DNA of 64,000 nucleotides, from NCBI GenBank assembly GCA_950097015.1, contig CATNEN010000029.1, positions 5,456,001 to 5,520,000 on the forward strand. The letters are read 5' to 3'. A model generated the notes under the pieces. The model made no database searches, had not been told where the DNA came from, and saw nothing but the letters and a program-made list of their open reading frames with translations. The position numbers and the translations under genes are program-made. Below are positions 49,644-62,333 of the stretch, in pieces (positions within the stretch are counted from its first letter, which is position 1; every line of letters starts with the position of its first letter). The DNA is from Macrostomum hystrix (lineage: Eukaryota; Animalia; Platyhelminthes).

Positions 49644-49996
49644 TATAATAATAATAATAAAAATAATAATTGCAGGAGGGCAGTAGGCAATTGCACATTA
49701 TTTTAGTGACACTAGACCCACTGCCAGCAAGGAGGCAATTCTGCCCATTCCACTGACTCACACACGCACACAGATAGGCCTAGTGTACACAGGCATACGT
49801 TCACACAGGTGTGTACATCTGCCTTGACTTTATCATTGTCAGGCAGTGTACACTTTTACTGTGCCTTGGAGGTTGGCCTTCAAGGGTGTAAATGGCACAA
49901 CAAACCCACAAGCCTTCTTTCTATGGCTACAACCTAAATAAATGCGGCCTCACCATGGAATCAAACTTAGGGACTGTGGTGCAAGAGGCAAATGTG
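49644..49996 (-). mobile_element. tRNA-headed SINE, copy 2 (5'-truncated) with a TTA-repeat tail and an 11-bp TSD
   Basis: TSD ttaggtactaa at 49633-49643 and 49997-50007; B-box-like GTTTGATTCC on the minus strand; homologous to 14655-14990. Confidence 0.8.
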
Positions 49997-50194
49997 TTAG
50001 GTACTAAACCCCTTTTAGGTACTATTATACTTGTGGAGAATTTATTTTCATTAGGCCTAGTTAGTTATTAGGCCTTTTATTATCAATATACCTGTATGGC
50101 TATAGTCAGTGTCCCATTACGTTACTAATTAACCATTACTAGTCAATTTACTAGAGTTATTAAATTCTGAATAACTTGATCTGTTAAATAATCA

Positions 50195-50300
50195 TGTCAG
50201 TGAAAGTGTACACTGCCTGACAATGAGAAAGTCAGGGCCTAGATGTATACACCAGTGTAATTCTGTCTGCATATAGCATCTGTGTGCATGTCTCGCATGT
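50195..50300 (+). mobile_element. SINE fragment, copy 3, inverted relative to copy 2
   Basis: 50201-50238 matches the reverse complement of 49821-49858 at 35 of 38 positions. Confidence 0.7.
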
Positions 50301-51479
50301 GTACAAATTAAAAGTTCACAATTTGCTTAAAAAGTGTTTCATTATTTTACTTGTGTGGATTGTGGAAGAAAAACGTTGATTTTAATTTCAATTTAGATTT
50401 TATAAGTTTAAACTTGAAATTTAATTTTGATTCATTAATAAAAAATATAGATTCGATATTGCCCTACTAATAAATCTTAATTCTAGTGTTATAATATACA
50501 GGTGTACTATTACTATTACTAATGTGTACTATTACTAGAATAGGCCCAAGACCTACATGCGATTGTAATATTAGCTTGAACTACGATTAGCCTAACCACT
50601 TTAGTACTAGGCCTTAAAAAGACTATAGAAAATAGGGAAAAAAATATTTTTTAATGTTGATACATTGACCACTAGAAACAAAAAGCTGTTTTCTTTGGCA
50701 TTTTCGATCCTTGAGATATGCATAGCATATAAGAGACAGGCCTATTTAATATGTTGAGTTGCACCTAATAATAGTTTTTGTCATTGTATTAGATGGATAG
50801 CGGCAATCTTGATCGGTCTCCCAGATATAATTCCGCGCTAAATTATTTTAATTTGAATTAGCGCTAAATCTGGCATTGTACAGTTCTAGTTTCAGGCTCT
50901 AAATTTTTAGATGATTACATGATTGCATCTTTAAAAAGGAGAGTAAAAAAGCGTGTAGGAGCGAGTTAGAAGTTTAGATTTAGATTTAAATGTCAAAATG
51001 TTGTCAGTCTAAGTCTGTCAGTCAAATGTTAGACTGTTATCTAAAAAACGAGTAACCGCATATTATAACTTTGCGATGGTGAATTAATACTTTTTATTGC
51101 TCTAAAACTCTAAAATACGGAGCCTCGATTGAGTGGTCGAGTTATTTTTTATCAACATTAAAAATCTGTATCTATTCTTATTAGGTTCAAGCGCAAAAAT
51201 AGAAATGTTGGCTTGCTTAGAAACGTTGGGCACCAATCAAGAGATTAATTGTCGCTACATCCTTTTATGCAATTTCTTTTCCTTAATAAAAGAGATCCAA
51301 ATATAAACTTTTGGCTTTGCTTTATATAATTATTTTTTATTCTATTTGGATAGCCATTAATTGTTTTAGGTTTGATTTTGTTCCTAAGACAACATCGAAA
51401 ACAACAACGAATATGTAGCTCCGCTTGTCGCATATTTCAGCGTTTACAGTAAGTGCCCCATCAAATGGCTGTTGGGGCA

Positions 51480-52260
51480 AGTGAGCGGACGAATTCTGTC
51501 AGTGAGGCAGCCATTGAGCAGCGGAATACGTGACACGCCAGTTGAAGGTGCATGACGCCGATGCAATTAAGATGTTAGACAGGCGCATTTGCAGCTCGTC
51601 CCTCTTGTACAAGGCCCTCGATCCCGACGCTCACATCAGCTTGAAATGCTACGGGATTCTCTCTGCCACTTTAGCGGGTACACGGACTGTCTACATCTCC
51701 GTGTTCTATGATCTCGACCACCGCCTGGCATAGCCGCGGACTCTGGTGGTCGGCGGGCAGCGCTTTAGATTGGAGAACAGCGCGTACCTCTCGATGGGTA
51801 GGCTGATCGGCACTGCTGCATGAGCCTTCAAAACTTCCAGCAACCAAAGGCAGTTTGTTCTGACGAGCGATGGACCTGCTGATGAGTTCAGCCCAAGCTC
51901 AGGCATTTTGCAAGGTTACTACTGGCTGGCTTGCCTTTTTTAGTTTAGCCTTTGACAAAGCACGGACGAGGACGACTGCAGCTTGTTTGGACCCCCCGCT
52001 GCGAAGCTCCCGACATCCGACATTCTCGCGTATGCTGACGACATCGCACTTCTCCGTCGCGACCCAGCAGTAGCTCGAGGCACCCTTTCTAGACTCCATG
52101 AGGAGGGTGTCAGGGTCGGCCTTGGTGGTTCAAAGAGCTCGAAAACGGAGAAACGGAGAAAACAGAAGGGGATTTCTGGTATCCATCGTATCGGACAGGA
52201 GGAACGTGAAGTTACTCAGGAACAGCCTTAAAGTGCGCCTCATCGGCCTCAGTCGGAACT
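51480..52260 (+). mobile_element. Decayed RTE-type LINE reverse-transcriptase fragment
   Basis: DILAYADDIALL...GTLSRLHEEGVRVGL...KTE (RT YADD motif and the downstream GL..N..KT pattern); no intact long ORF; boundaries approximate. Confidence 0.7.
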
Positions 52261-53726
52261 CGAGCGTCTTTAGTGAAGTCTCTAAGTGTCAATTTATATT
52301 ACCGAATGACATGAAAATACATGTACATCTTACTCTAAGTGTGAGCAACTCTAGTACTTGTTATATGATTAATATATGCTATAATAAGCTTGCCCATCGA
52401 TCATGACGAGAAGTGAAATCAATGAGACATTGCAACAAGAGCCAATCAAGTATAGATGCAACATTCAACTTGGTTACAGCTTTTCGGACAGGCAATTTTA
52501 TGGCGGCATTGATTGCGTGCAGCAACAGTCTTAGCCTTTCGATGCGAAAATTATATAGAATGTGAACAAAGAGTGAGAGAACAATAGACATAAGTGAAAA
52601 GCAAATAGAAAAAAGCTGACAGATTGCAGTGCCAACTGTCTTCACATACTCTATACATAAAAATATGCGCTTATCAATATAGACGCCACATGAAAATTAA
52701 AAATCGGATTGATTGCAACATTTAAAGGATTCAAGAAATCGATTAGTAACGATTAGCGCAGTAAAAGCTGCTTGTGCAGCAGTGATAATTTTTTTACAAC
52801 GAGCTATAACATCAGTTAGTTATATCTGTATGTGTAAAATATTCTGCAACAGAACTATAATGAGATGTCAGATATATTTCTGAAAGGATGCGTCCTGATA
52901 AAGTGATCTAATCGATTCGTTTAGTATCTGCAATCGTTTCTCAAAGTGAACAAAAAATTACACAAACGCACTCTATTTTAGTATGACAAAATTGTGTTGA
53001 TATGAGATGCGACCAATGGTACAGTTTCACTTTCATCATCAACCTGAAGTTTGTTGGACACTGTCTTCCACGTGCTTCAAGAGTTCAAGCCGCTACTACT
53101 GTATTGGAACACCGTCGAATGACAGACCTGGACCGAGTGCAGCTTCGGTTTAAATAAACTTAATGAGGCTATCTAAGCCTGTGGTGCGATCAATAATTCC
53201 GGATTTTTAACAAATTACCACTGATATTTCACGACAGCAAAGTGAGATGCAAGTGAGATAAAAGTGTACAGTAAATGTTTCGGGCAGGTCACTGACAACA
53301 GGAAAAGTTGATTGGTTAGTAATAAATAAAGCAATTTGCGAGTCAGTTGGAATGGGATAGTTTAGGAGCGACAAAAGCCACAAATAGGACAGTTGGGCGA
53401 GCGAATTCAGTAGCTCTAGGATAGCATCCGAGCCGCCGAGGGACATGGGACACAAATCACCTGCACGACGGAATCGGACAATACTGGACAAGCGACAAAG
53501 ACTAGCTCAATGCGAGCCACAATTCTTACGTATAAATCAAATCCAAGAAAAAAGTTACTCTTCGGTTTTATAAACGGGGCAGAAAAGTCTTTTTTGCCCA
53601 TAGAAAATGAGAGTATACTGGATGCTTTGCTGCTTCTCGCATTGTCATCCACCTCAACAGCGGCAAGGCAGATCGGGAGGTAGAGGCGGGGAGTTCTGTG
53701 GCGCACAGAGATGAACCTGCGTGCGG

Positions 53727-56700
53727 TCACGCTGTGATGGCCGTGGGTTTGAGTCCCACAGCAGTTGACGCCGCTCCTGCCGACTCATGCGACGATTGGT
53801 CAGATGCTGGGACGCCAGCGCTCGTCGTTAAAGAGGACGGACTCTCTGGGTTGCAGTCTTTGTCTGACCCGGCGGCTCCCTGATCCGCCTCTAAAACTGC
53901 AGCTGCTGCTGCTGCGGCTGAGCTGCCACCACCGCTGCCACTGCCGGCAGCGCTTCCGCCGCAACTGCCGCCGCCATTGCTATTTGCCAAATGCGAAGAC
54001 GACGATGAAGATGAAGAAGATGATGATGAAGAGGAGGAAGAGGAAGAAGAGGAACACGATGACGAGGATGACGAAGAGGAAGAGCAGGAAGATGATGATG
54101 TTGGCGGTGGGGGCGGCGGAGGCGGTGGAGGTGGTGGAGGTGGCGGCGGCGGCGGTGGAGGCGGTGTCAGCATGCCACTGTCCGAGGAGCCCAGCATCGA
54201 CGAGGACCACCCGCTACTGGCGCTGGCGAAGCCGGAGGACTTGGAGCCGCTCAGCGGGGAGTCTGGGAGGCCGAGATAAGTTGCATTGCGAGCCTCTTCA
54301 ATCTTCAATATTAAAATTCATTCAATTTTCTTTTAGCTTACTGTGCTCAAACTGTCTACTTACCTGCCATGGAGTAAGGCGGCATCTGAACTGGCGTTCC
54401 CGGCTTTGAATCCGGGTGATTCAACAGGCTAGTGAATCTGCCCACAGGCATCTGCTGCTGATGTAGTTGAGGCGGCAGCTGCTGCATCTGGTGCTGTGGC
54501 ATCATGCCGCCTCCGCCGAATTCGTCCATTATCATCGACAGGCTGGGTGGCGGAGGCGCCATTATCGCCGAGGAGGATGATGACGATGAAACAAACTGGT
54601 GATGAGGATGATGATGCATTGTAGGCGGCGGCGGGGGCATCTGGTGCTGCTGCTGGTGATGAAACTGGCCAGGATGATTTTGATTGAGAATTGGCGGCTG
54701 CAGCATCTGGGCTTGCATCATGTGCGGCGACGGTGGCGGCGGTGGCAGCGGCGGCTCCATGGACATGGACGCCGGGTGCCTGAGCGAGTGCGGCTGCGAA
54801 TGGGACGAGGCCGCAGCGGCGTGGTGATCAAACTGGCGATTTTCTAGTCGGGTTATCAGTCTTTCGTCCTCCTCGCCGAAATCGCCGCCCATCAAGGTCG
54901 GCTCGCCGACAATCATCACATCCTGAAATGGTTTAGGTGCTCTAGGTTAATATTCTTGGTCTATTCTGCATGCTTCCTTAGCCAATAAAGGCATTGCATG
55001 GCAAAATGAAATATGTCGAAACCAACCCCTGGCTGGGCGAAATTCGGTATCGCTGCAGGCGCCATTGCGGCCGCTGTCGCCTTCTTCTTGCTTTTGCTGC
55101 CGCCTCCGCCACCGCCGCCGCCTCCGCCCGCGCCAACTCCAGCCGTGTCGGCACTATTTGCGTTGTTGTTGTTGTTTTTGCGTTTTTTCCGCTTGCTGGG
55201 CTGCCGATTAGACTCTGAGATGAGAATCAGGGCGGGTTATAGAATCTTGACAGCACGCGGCCAGCGGCAGGAATGTGCATGAAAAGAAATTCATGAAAGA
55301 ACCGCGGTAGAGATGAAGTTAGATGGTGGTCACAGGGGAGGAATGAGCAGTATAGAATGGAGTGAGGTGGTGGTCACAGGGGGAGGAATGTGCGGTATAG
55401 AATGGAGTGAGGTGGTGGTCGCAGGGGGAGGAATGTGCGGTATAGAATGGAGTGAGGTGGTGGTCGCAGGGGGAGGAATGTGCGGTATAGAATGGAATGA
55501 GGTGGTGGTCGCAGGGACAGGAATGTGCGGTATAGAATGGAATGAGGTGGTGGTTGCAGGGGCAGGAATGTTCAGTATAGAATGGAGTGAGGTGGTTGTT
55601 GTCCCAGGGGGAGGAATGTGCAGTACAGAATGGAGTGAAGTGGTGGTCGCAGGGGCAGGAATGTACAGAATTGAAGGGAGTGACGTGGTGATCACGGGGA
55701 CAGGAATGGGCAGAATAGAATGGAGTGTAGTGGTGGTCTCAGGGGCAGGAATATGTAGTACAGAATGAAGTGATGTGGTGGTCACAGGGGAAGGAACACA
55801 GAGGTGCGGTATAGAATGGAATGAGGTGGTCGTGAAACCGAAATACACGGTATAATTTTATAACTTGGAGACGGAATGGAGCAATCTAGAAAAAGAAGAA
55901 ACCAACCAGGTGGAGCCACCATTCGCTGCCACTTTTGAAACAGCGTGGTCTTTAAGCAGTCCCTCGGCTGCAGTCCGTAGGCCTTCTGCCGGCTCATGAG
56001 CTCCTGCATCGGCTCCAAGATGACGCACAGCCGTAGGAAGTGCAGTGTGTGGCAGGTGACGCCCTGTCTGGTGACGTTCTTGGCCATTTGTTCCAGAATA
56101 TGAATGTCCTGAGGATGGAGTTTAGTTCACATGAGAACCATGAACTCGAATTGGACTTTAGGTTTGAATACACTGTAGTAAAAGGATGTGATTCCTTCAG
56201 ACTCACCTGGTGGCCGCACATCACCTGCCTGGGAATCATTTCGCGACAGCTGCGAATCTGGAATAGCCAACCGCGTATTCGCATCAATTCGTCGAATGCG
56301 AAGTCAAGTACAAGGCGGCCCTCGGTCACCACATTAGTCAGGACCGGTTTCACGTGGGTGGCGTGCATCTCGCCCCGCTCGCAGTCCAAAGTAAGGGTCG
56401 GGCCGTGCAGGGACTCCCTGGCATTCTTTAGGAAGACGTACAAGTCAACAACGCCGCCCTCGAAGATGCTGCGGAAGTAGCGCGGAATCAACGTCCGGCC
56501 GATGGCTGTCCAAGGGTGATTCGGGACTCGTTAAACTAACTTGAAATATAAATATAACAAGTCGAAGTATCTGTTTGTAATATTTGCTAGGTCACTTACT
56601 GTATCTTTTCGGTCCGTCCTCGAGCATCAACTGGATGGTCATGACGGAGTCATCCTCAAAAAACTCTGTTGCGAACTGGTCCCACCAAAGGTTCTGCCCG

Positions 56701-57383
56701 TCACTTTCGCTCTGTTTGAATGGTGCATGAATTGTGTGGTTTGACTTTTTAGACTGAAAATGTGTTGGCACGTGATTCTTACACAGTGAGCAGAACTATG
56801 TTTAACATCAAAGAGGGTTTATCATTTTGTGCGTACAAGGCAATGTGATAAACACGCAACAGAAGCAACAATGGCTTACATCCGGCCTCTGCTGCAGCCG
56901 CTTGTTCATCTCGTGGATGCGCACATCCGGCGTGCCCACGTACGGCGGCATTCTGGGCCGGAAGAACATGCCGCCAGGCGGCGGGGGCGGCGGCGGCAGC
57001 ATATGCGACTGGTACGGCGGGTGCTGATGCGGCATCAGTGGAGGCGGCGGCGGCGGAGGTGGTGGCGGGCCCATGTGATGCGGCTGATGATGATGCGGAT
57101 GGTGAATCGGGGGTCCTGGAGGCGGGGGACACATAGACGCCATTGACGGATGCTGCTGCGGACCGCAACCCCAACCAGGTCCAGGCATCATCTGCGACGG
57201 CGGCGGTGGCGGTGGAGGCGGACCCATCGAAGGTGGCGGTGGCATCGGCGAAATAAAATCTGGCGACGGCGGCGGCGGCAGCTGCTGGAGGTAGCGAGTT
57301 GGCGAAGGCCCTGCTACCATGGATGCTGAGGACATCGGCAGGTGTTGCGGTCCCTGCATGCCATGAGGAATCTCAAAGTCCAT
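53727..57383 (-). CDS. LDB1: LIM-domain-binding protein (LDB1/2, Chip), about 799 aa; exons complement(56880..57383, 56600..56711, 56207..56505, 55907..56108, 55027..55214, 54364..54922, 53727..54262)
   Basis: Dimerisation domain DVRIHEMNKRLQ, WWDQFATEFFEDD, EDGPKRYT|IGRTLIPRYFRSIFEGG; LCCD LRLCVILEPMQELMSR...DCLKTTLFQKWQRMVAPP; NLS PSKRKKRK; LID DVMIVGEPTLMGGDFGEEDERLITRLEN. All phases are consistent. The start ATG and the last exon are less certain. Confidence 0.92.
55325..55830. repeat. 45-bp minisatellite (ggtggtggtcgcagggggaggaatgtgcggtatagaatggagtga), about 11 copies, LDB1 intron 4
   Basis: Tandem units that diverge toward the right. Confidence 0.93.
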
Positions 57384-57599
57384 TAGAATTGGCAGTTGTG
57401 ATAGATTTAGCGAGCAGGTGGGCACTAGTGCAAAGCGTGAAACTGTCGGACTTCTTGGCTTCCTCGGCAGTAATTTGCGGACTAAGGCCTCGGGTGATCT
57501 ACCCGCCACGCGGTGCCATCCAGATGTTCAGTGTGGTAGCTCTGAGTAGTGCTGACGTCACTTGCCGGAACTTTTGAGCAAGCCCACTTCGAAATCGTT

Positions 57600-60320
57600 G
57601 GGGCCTTAACCGTCACAGAAGCTTTGCGGCGAAGAGAAGCTCTCAGTCTGTTGTTTGTTTATGACCGATGGAGAAAGAAAAGAAAGTGGGCAGCCGGAAA
57701 AGGGGATAAAGGAGAGAAGAGGAGAAGAGAAAGGGGAGAGTCAAAGCGGTGCTCGATCCAGACTCCTCACTGGGGCGTACTCGGTGCGGGTGCCGGCGGT
57801 CTGTACGCGCTAGTGCCTCCTTCGGCGGCGACCATTCGGGACCGGATTCGAGAGAGTGGCAAAAAAGGAATGGAATGAGGAGGCGCGCGAGAGAGAGGAT
57901 GCGATATCAGAGAGAAGATGATGGCTCGGTATGGATGGGGGGACAAAATGTAGTAGTGCTTAGAGGGGTGGCTAAGGAAAAGGAGTGGCCGGGTGAGGGT
58001 GCAAGCACTGGGGTGGGGCTTCCCACTAAGCGGCGTGTGCGAGCGCTTGGGATACACTCGACTGCTGGGGAGAGAGAGAAGAGAGACGGGGGAGAGAGCG
58101 GGCTTGGGAGGTTGCTGGGGGGGTCGCCGTTTTAGGAGAAGGCGAATCCCCAGCTCCGACTCGAAGATCTGGGAGCGCGAGGGAGAACAGCAGTTGAGAA
58201 GTGGCCACACTGACTCCGTGCGATGCCTTCGGATTATGTGTGGAATGGAGGGTGAGAGAAGAGGAGGACGATTGGTCTTGGGTGAGATCCCCTACGTCCC
58301 TATTTTCCCCCTCCCCAGTGCAGTGTCGCCCTCCGTGCCACCAATCGGATCCGCCAAGTCCCACCCGCCCCGTGAGGGCCTGGGATGTGCGGGGGGATAA
58401 GGAGAACGACAGGGGAGAAACTGAAGGAGAGGGAGAATCGGGCTTGGGACCCGCTTGCCGCCTGCTTCAGTGGTCGGAAGAGGTAAAGGGGAAGAGAAGA
58501 GACCCAGCCACAGAAGGCTGGGACAAGGAGAGAGGACGCAGAAAGAGGGAATTCTGTCAATCAATGCGCCGTAGTCATGACAACCTCCTCAACCCACGAC
58601 CGGGACCGTGGCGAGGACTGGGATGACTTCAACTCCCCTCCGAAGCTCTTCCCCTTGCCAGCTTTTTTCCCAACCCCAGTCAACCCTTCCTCCAGTCTTC
58701 GCTCCTTCGTTTTTCTTACCCTGCGCCTTCCTCTTTCTCGGACGACTTTTTAGGGATCCAAATCCCAAATCTAGTCCGATTCTAAATCCCCGAAGTGGTC
58801 GCAAGCGAGCAGGCCTTGCCCAGTCACCAGTCGCGTGTCCCACAGGGCCACCTCCGCAAACAGCTCCCGGCCCGCTCTCTAACCCTCTGGTCCATTTTTC
58901 TTCTTTTACAAGCCGCACGCAGGCAGTGGGAGACACAGAAATGGAATGGGGCTAAGAATTTGGGTGTTGCTGAGAGAGCAGGTATTGGGGCAGCCGGCCC
59001 AGTGCAGGGAAAAGTGAGAGTGGATATTCTCGCCCCCTCTGCCACACCAGCAAAACTCAGTGGCATTGCTGCCTGAGTCAATCTGGGATCAGAGAAGAAG
59101 GGGTGCAGGAGTCCCGGCAGAGTTAGTCCAGTCAGCTATTTCTAGATTTTAGAGGATGCAAAGCGATGGGTAGAGCAGGACTAGCCGTGGCTCTCAATGC
59201 ATTTGCAGCCATTGGGCTGGGGATGGGAATCCCGAAGCTGCAGCCTTTGCTGAAAAGCTATTGGGAGAAAGTGAAAGACCCGGCTGTCCTTCCTCCTACG
59301 CGCCCCATCGCTGCCTATGCCGTTGCGGCCCAATACAGTTGCCTGTTATTCCCTTCTGCTATTCCCACAACAGCGGCGCTGCCCCCCTCCTCGCAAAATA
59401 TACTGGTGCTGCTACTGTGTGTCTTTATTTCCCTTCCCTCTGCTCCTCACTCCCTGGCCTCTCAGCTCTCAGCCTCTCCCCTTCATCGGCTTCTACCTAG
59501 CATATCTCCTCTGCCATCCCCCCGTGTGTATGCTTGCATGTGTATATATATGGCCTTGTGCCGCGCAAAAGGGCCCGGACAAGCTGGTGGGGGAAGACCG
59601 GAGGGACTCCCGCTACATGGTCCGGACCCACCCACTCTCGCCTTTAATATATTCCAGCAGTGCTGGGGATCCATGCTGCGGAGCGAGAGGGGGAGAGAAG
59701 AGGAAAAATAGGGGAAGAATTAAGACTTGAGGGCTAGGAGAAACGCGCGGGGATATGCGAGAGCACTGGCCTTCACGGTGCCCACCGAGCCCCACTGCGT
59801 CAGCAGCGCGGGAAAGAGAAAGAGCTAAAAAGAGGAGGGGGAATATACTGTATATACAAGAGAGAGATGATACGGGAGAACGAGAAAGAAAGAGAAAGGG
59901 TGGAGTAGTGCCAGTGTTGTTGGGAGGAGGGCCGCGAGATGGGATCCAGGGAGCATTTCGGGATCGGGAGCAAGCTATAGTATAGTAGACTCTTCCCATC
60001 ATGGCACAAAACAGGACACAAAAAATAAGCAAGCAGCGTCAAGCAGCCATGAGCGAGGATTCTTGGCTGCAGCTGGAAAGACACACACTTACTATTATAT
60101 TGCACATGTATATAAGCGGTGGGTATTATACATATAGTTTCTTTATTCCTCTCTGGTGCGCCCTTTTTATATTGCCTATACTGAACGTAATTAGCCCTCG
60201 CGTCTCTAGCGCTAGGCCAATATATTGTCTATGCCGGCACATACAATACTATTTTTCAACTGGTTTTAAATCTTTGGTTTGTGGATCGAACGATCGTCGC
60301 GCGCGTCTATAGGCTATGGA
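57600..60320. other. Unexplained 2.7 kb GC/purine-skewed island, probably a heavily decayed transposable element
   Basis: Compositionally distinct from the AT-rich flanks; many short overlapping ORFs; no recognisable intact domain. Confidence 0.35.
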
Positions 60321-62333
60321 AAAGAAAAACGAATCATATTTCCTTGTCAGCCTTGGCTGAACTGAAAATGTGCAGTACAGTTCAGTGTAAGGATGCAAAA
60401 TGGTTCTTATATAGACCGTTGAGTGGCATGATATAGAAACTAAGGAAAGGGGTTGAATTTAATGTTCGATTTGATGTTCTAGCCCCTGTAGAAAAAAATG
60501 CTCAAAATTATTGGTTCGTCTAACAATTTTAGAAATAAAAATCTGAATATGACAAAAGCAATAAAATCAGCAAGATATTGCGCCATATGATGACAAAGAA
60601 GCCAAAAAACTGTCACCGTAAGAAAACAAGCATTTCTAATAGGCGATAAAATGTGCATTTTCAAGCCAAAATGTATTGTGTTGATTCGAATAAGAGGGAG
60701 AAAAAAACACATTTATCAAAAAAATTATGTAAAGACTAAAGCCTTTTTACATAAAAGTTTACTTTTAAATCGTAGCAATACGAAACAAAAATTAAATCGT
60801 TAACAACGAGTTCCACAATTTTTGGGCGGAGCATGAATGCCTTTAAATATGAATTTTTTTCTACGAACCTCCACGATTACTAAAAATTCTAGGAACCTTT
60901 GCCCGTTCCTAGGTTATAGGTATAGGTTATAGACTTTATAGGTATATATAGAGTGAAAATTTCAAACGTAGGGGCTGAAATTCGAACTGAAGAAAAAAAC
61001 ATTAGAAGTTTTATTATTTGATAAGTTCAAACGTATATTACGAAAGCTTTACAGTACGAGTACGACCACTTCTTTTAGTTGTAGCGATGAAAATAAATAG
61101 AAAAAATAATTAGGCGATCGGCAAAAATGCTTAATACCGAAATTCTGACTGCGCATCGTGCATTTCTTCTTTCTTCTTGATTACAATTCTACTAGGTTTT
61201 CCCATTCAAACTTTTCAAAATGCTATTTTAACCATAAACCATAAAAAGCAGTTAAAGCTTTCGTGCCATTTGTAAATCCACTCCACATCAATGAGTACAT
61301 TTTGTGGCTCCGAACTTCTCAGAGATAGCTTGTGTTCTGTCATTCTGTGATCAAATAATAATATAAGGAATTTTATAATTTAGTAGCATCAGTCAATATC
61401 ACAGAGCTTACACTGATTACATTTTACACAAGTACATTTACTGCACTTTGTTCTAAAGAGATATAGCAACTAAACAAAAAATAAAGAAATGCAATAACAT
61501 TTGTTAATGGAAATTTTGTAACATAATTAGAAAGAATTTTTCCATTTGTTATAAAACCCTGTAGATATATCTAACACCAAAAATATGTGATATAAAACAG
61601 TTAATAAAACATTCATTAATTCAATTCACAAATTTACCAAATATCATATAAGGATATTGCTCATTGGTAGGTGCAAAGGTGTCATATCATTTTTCATCGC
61701 TATATAGCCATACATTATGTATGTAAATGCTGTTAGTAAATATGAATAAATAATCAACATATATATATGTTGCACTTTATGTATTTATGAATTCATTTGT
61801 TAATAATATAACTCATATAATATGAGTTAAATAAAGAAACATAAAGAGAGATAACTATATGCATGATTGCTCAGCATATTGCAACATTACCAATATATAA
61901 TAGTGTTGCTTCTTTAAAAATTTATTTAGCTATTGTGTCTTTGAATTCATATTGCATTAAATCTAATCTAAATATTATTAGGATGAAATTTATTTAGCTG
62001 TTACTATAGTTTTTGTAGTCCTTAGGACATACATTTTTCACATTTTGTTAATGTTTAAAAGTCAAAATTGGAGTGTATAACAAATCTAATTTACTCAGAG
62101 GAAAATTATCATTCTCTTAAAAAAATTAAATTACACAACTTTTATTTATTACGAGTACAAACAAAATTGCTCTCCAATGGATGTGGATTGACTATTTAAT
62201 GTTTTACTTGCTTCAATCGCTAAATCGAGAACTGAAAGTAGTATTCCCTTTTCAATATAAACATTATTCCTATTCTTGAGTCCTATTATGAAGGATTTTT
62301 TGTACCGCAGGCGCCACCAGAAGTCAAACTGAT

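Noticed and set aside
14800-51900. CTGATGA motifs checked as hammerhead ribozyme cores (14810 minus, 30915 minus, 49537, 51874)
   Set aside because: None is followed by a stem II plus GAAA arrangement.
53977-54279. Highly acidic poly-Asp/Glu ORF on the plus strand
   Set aside because: It is the reverse complement of the poly-Ser/poly-Pro codons of the last LDB1 exon.
55313-55848. ORFs with 15-aa repeats (GGGMCGIEWSEVVVA / mucin-like TTTSLHSIPHIPPP)
   Set aside because: Translations of the 45-bp array inside LDB1 intron 4.
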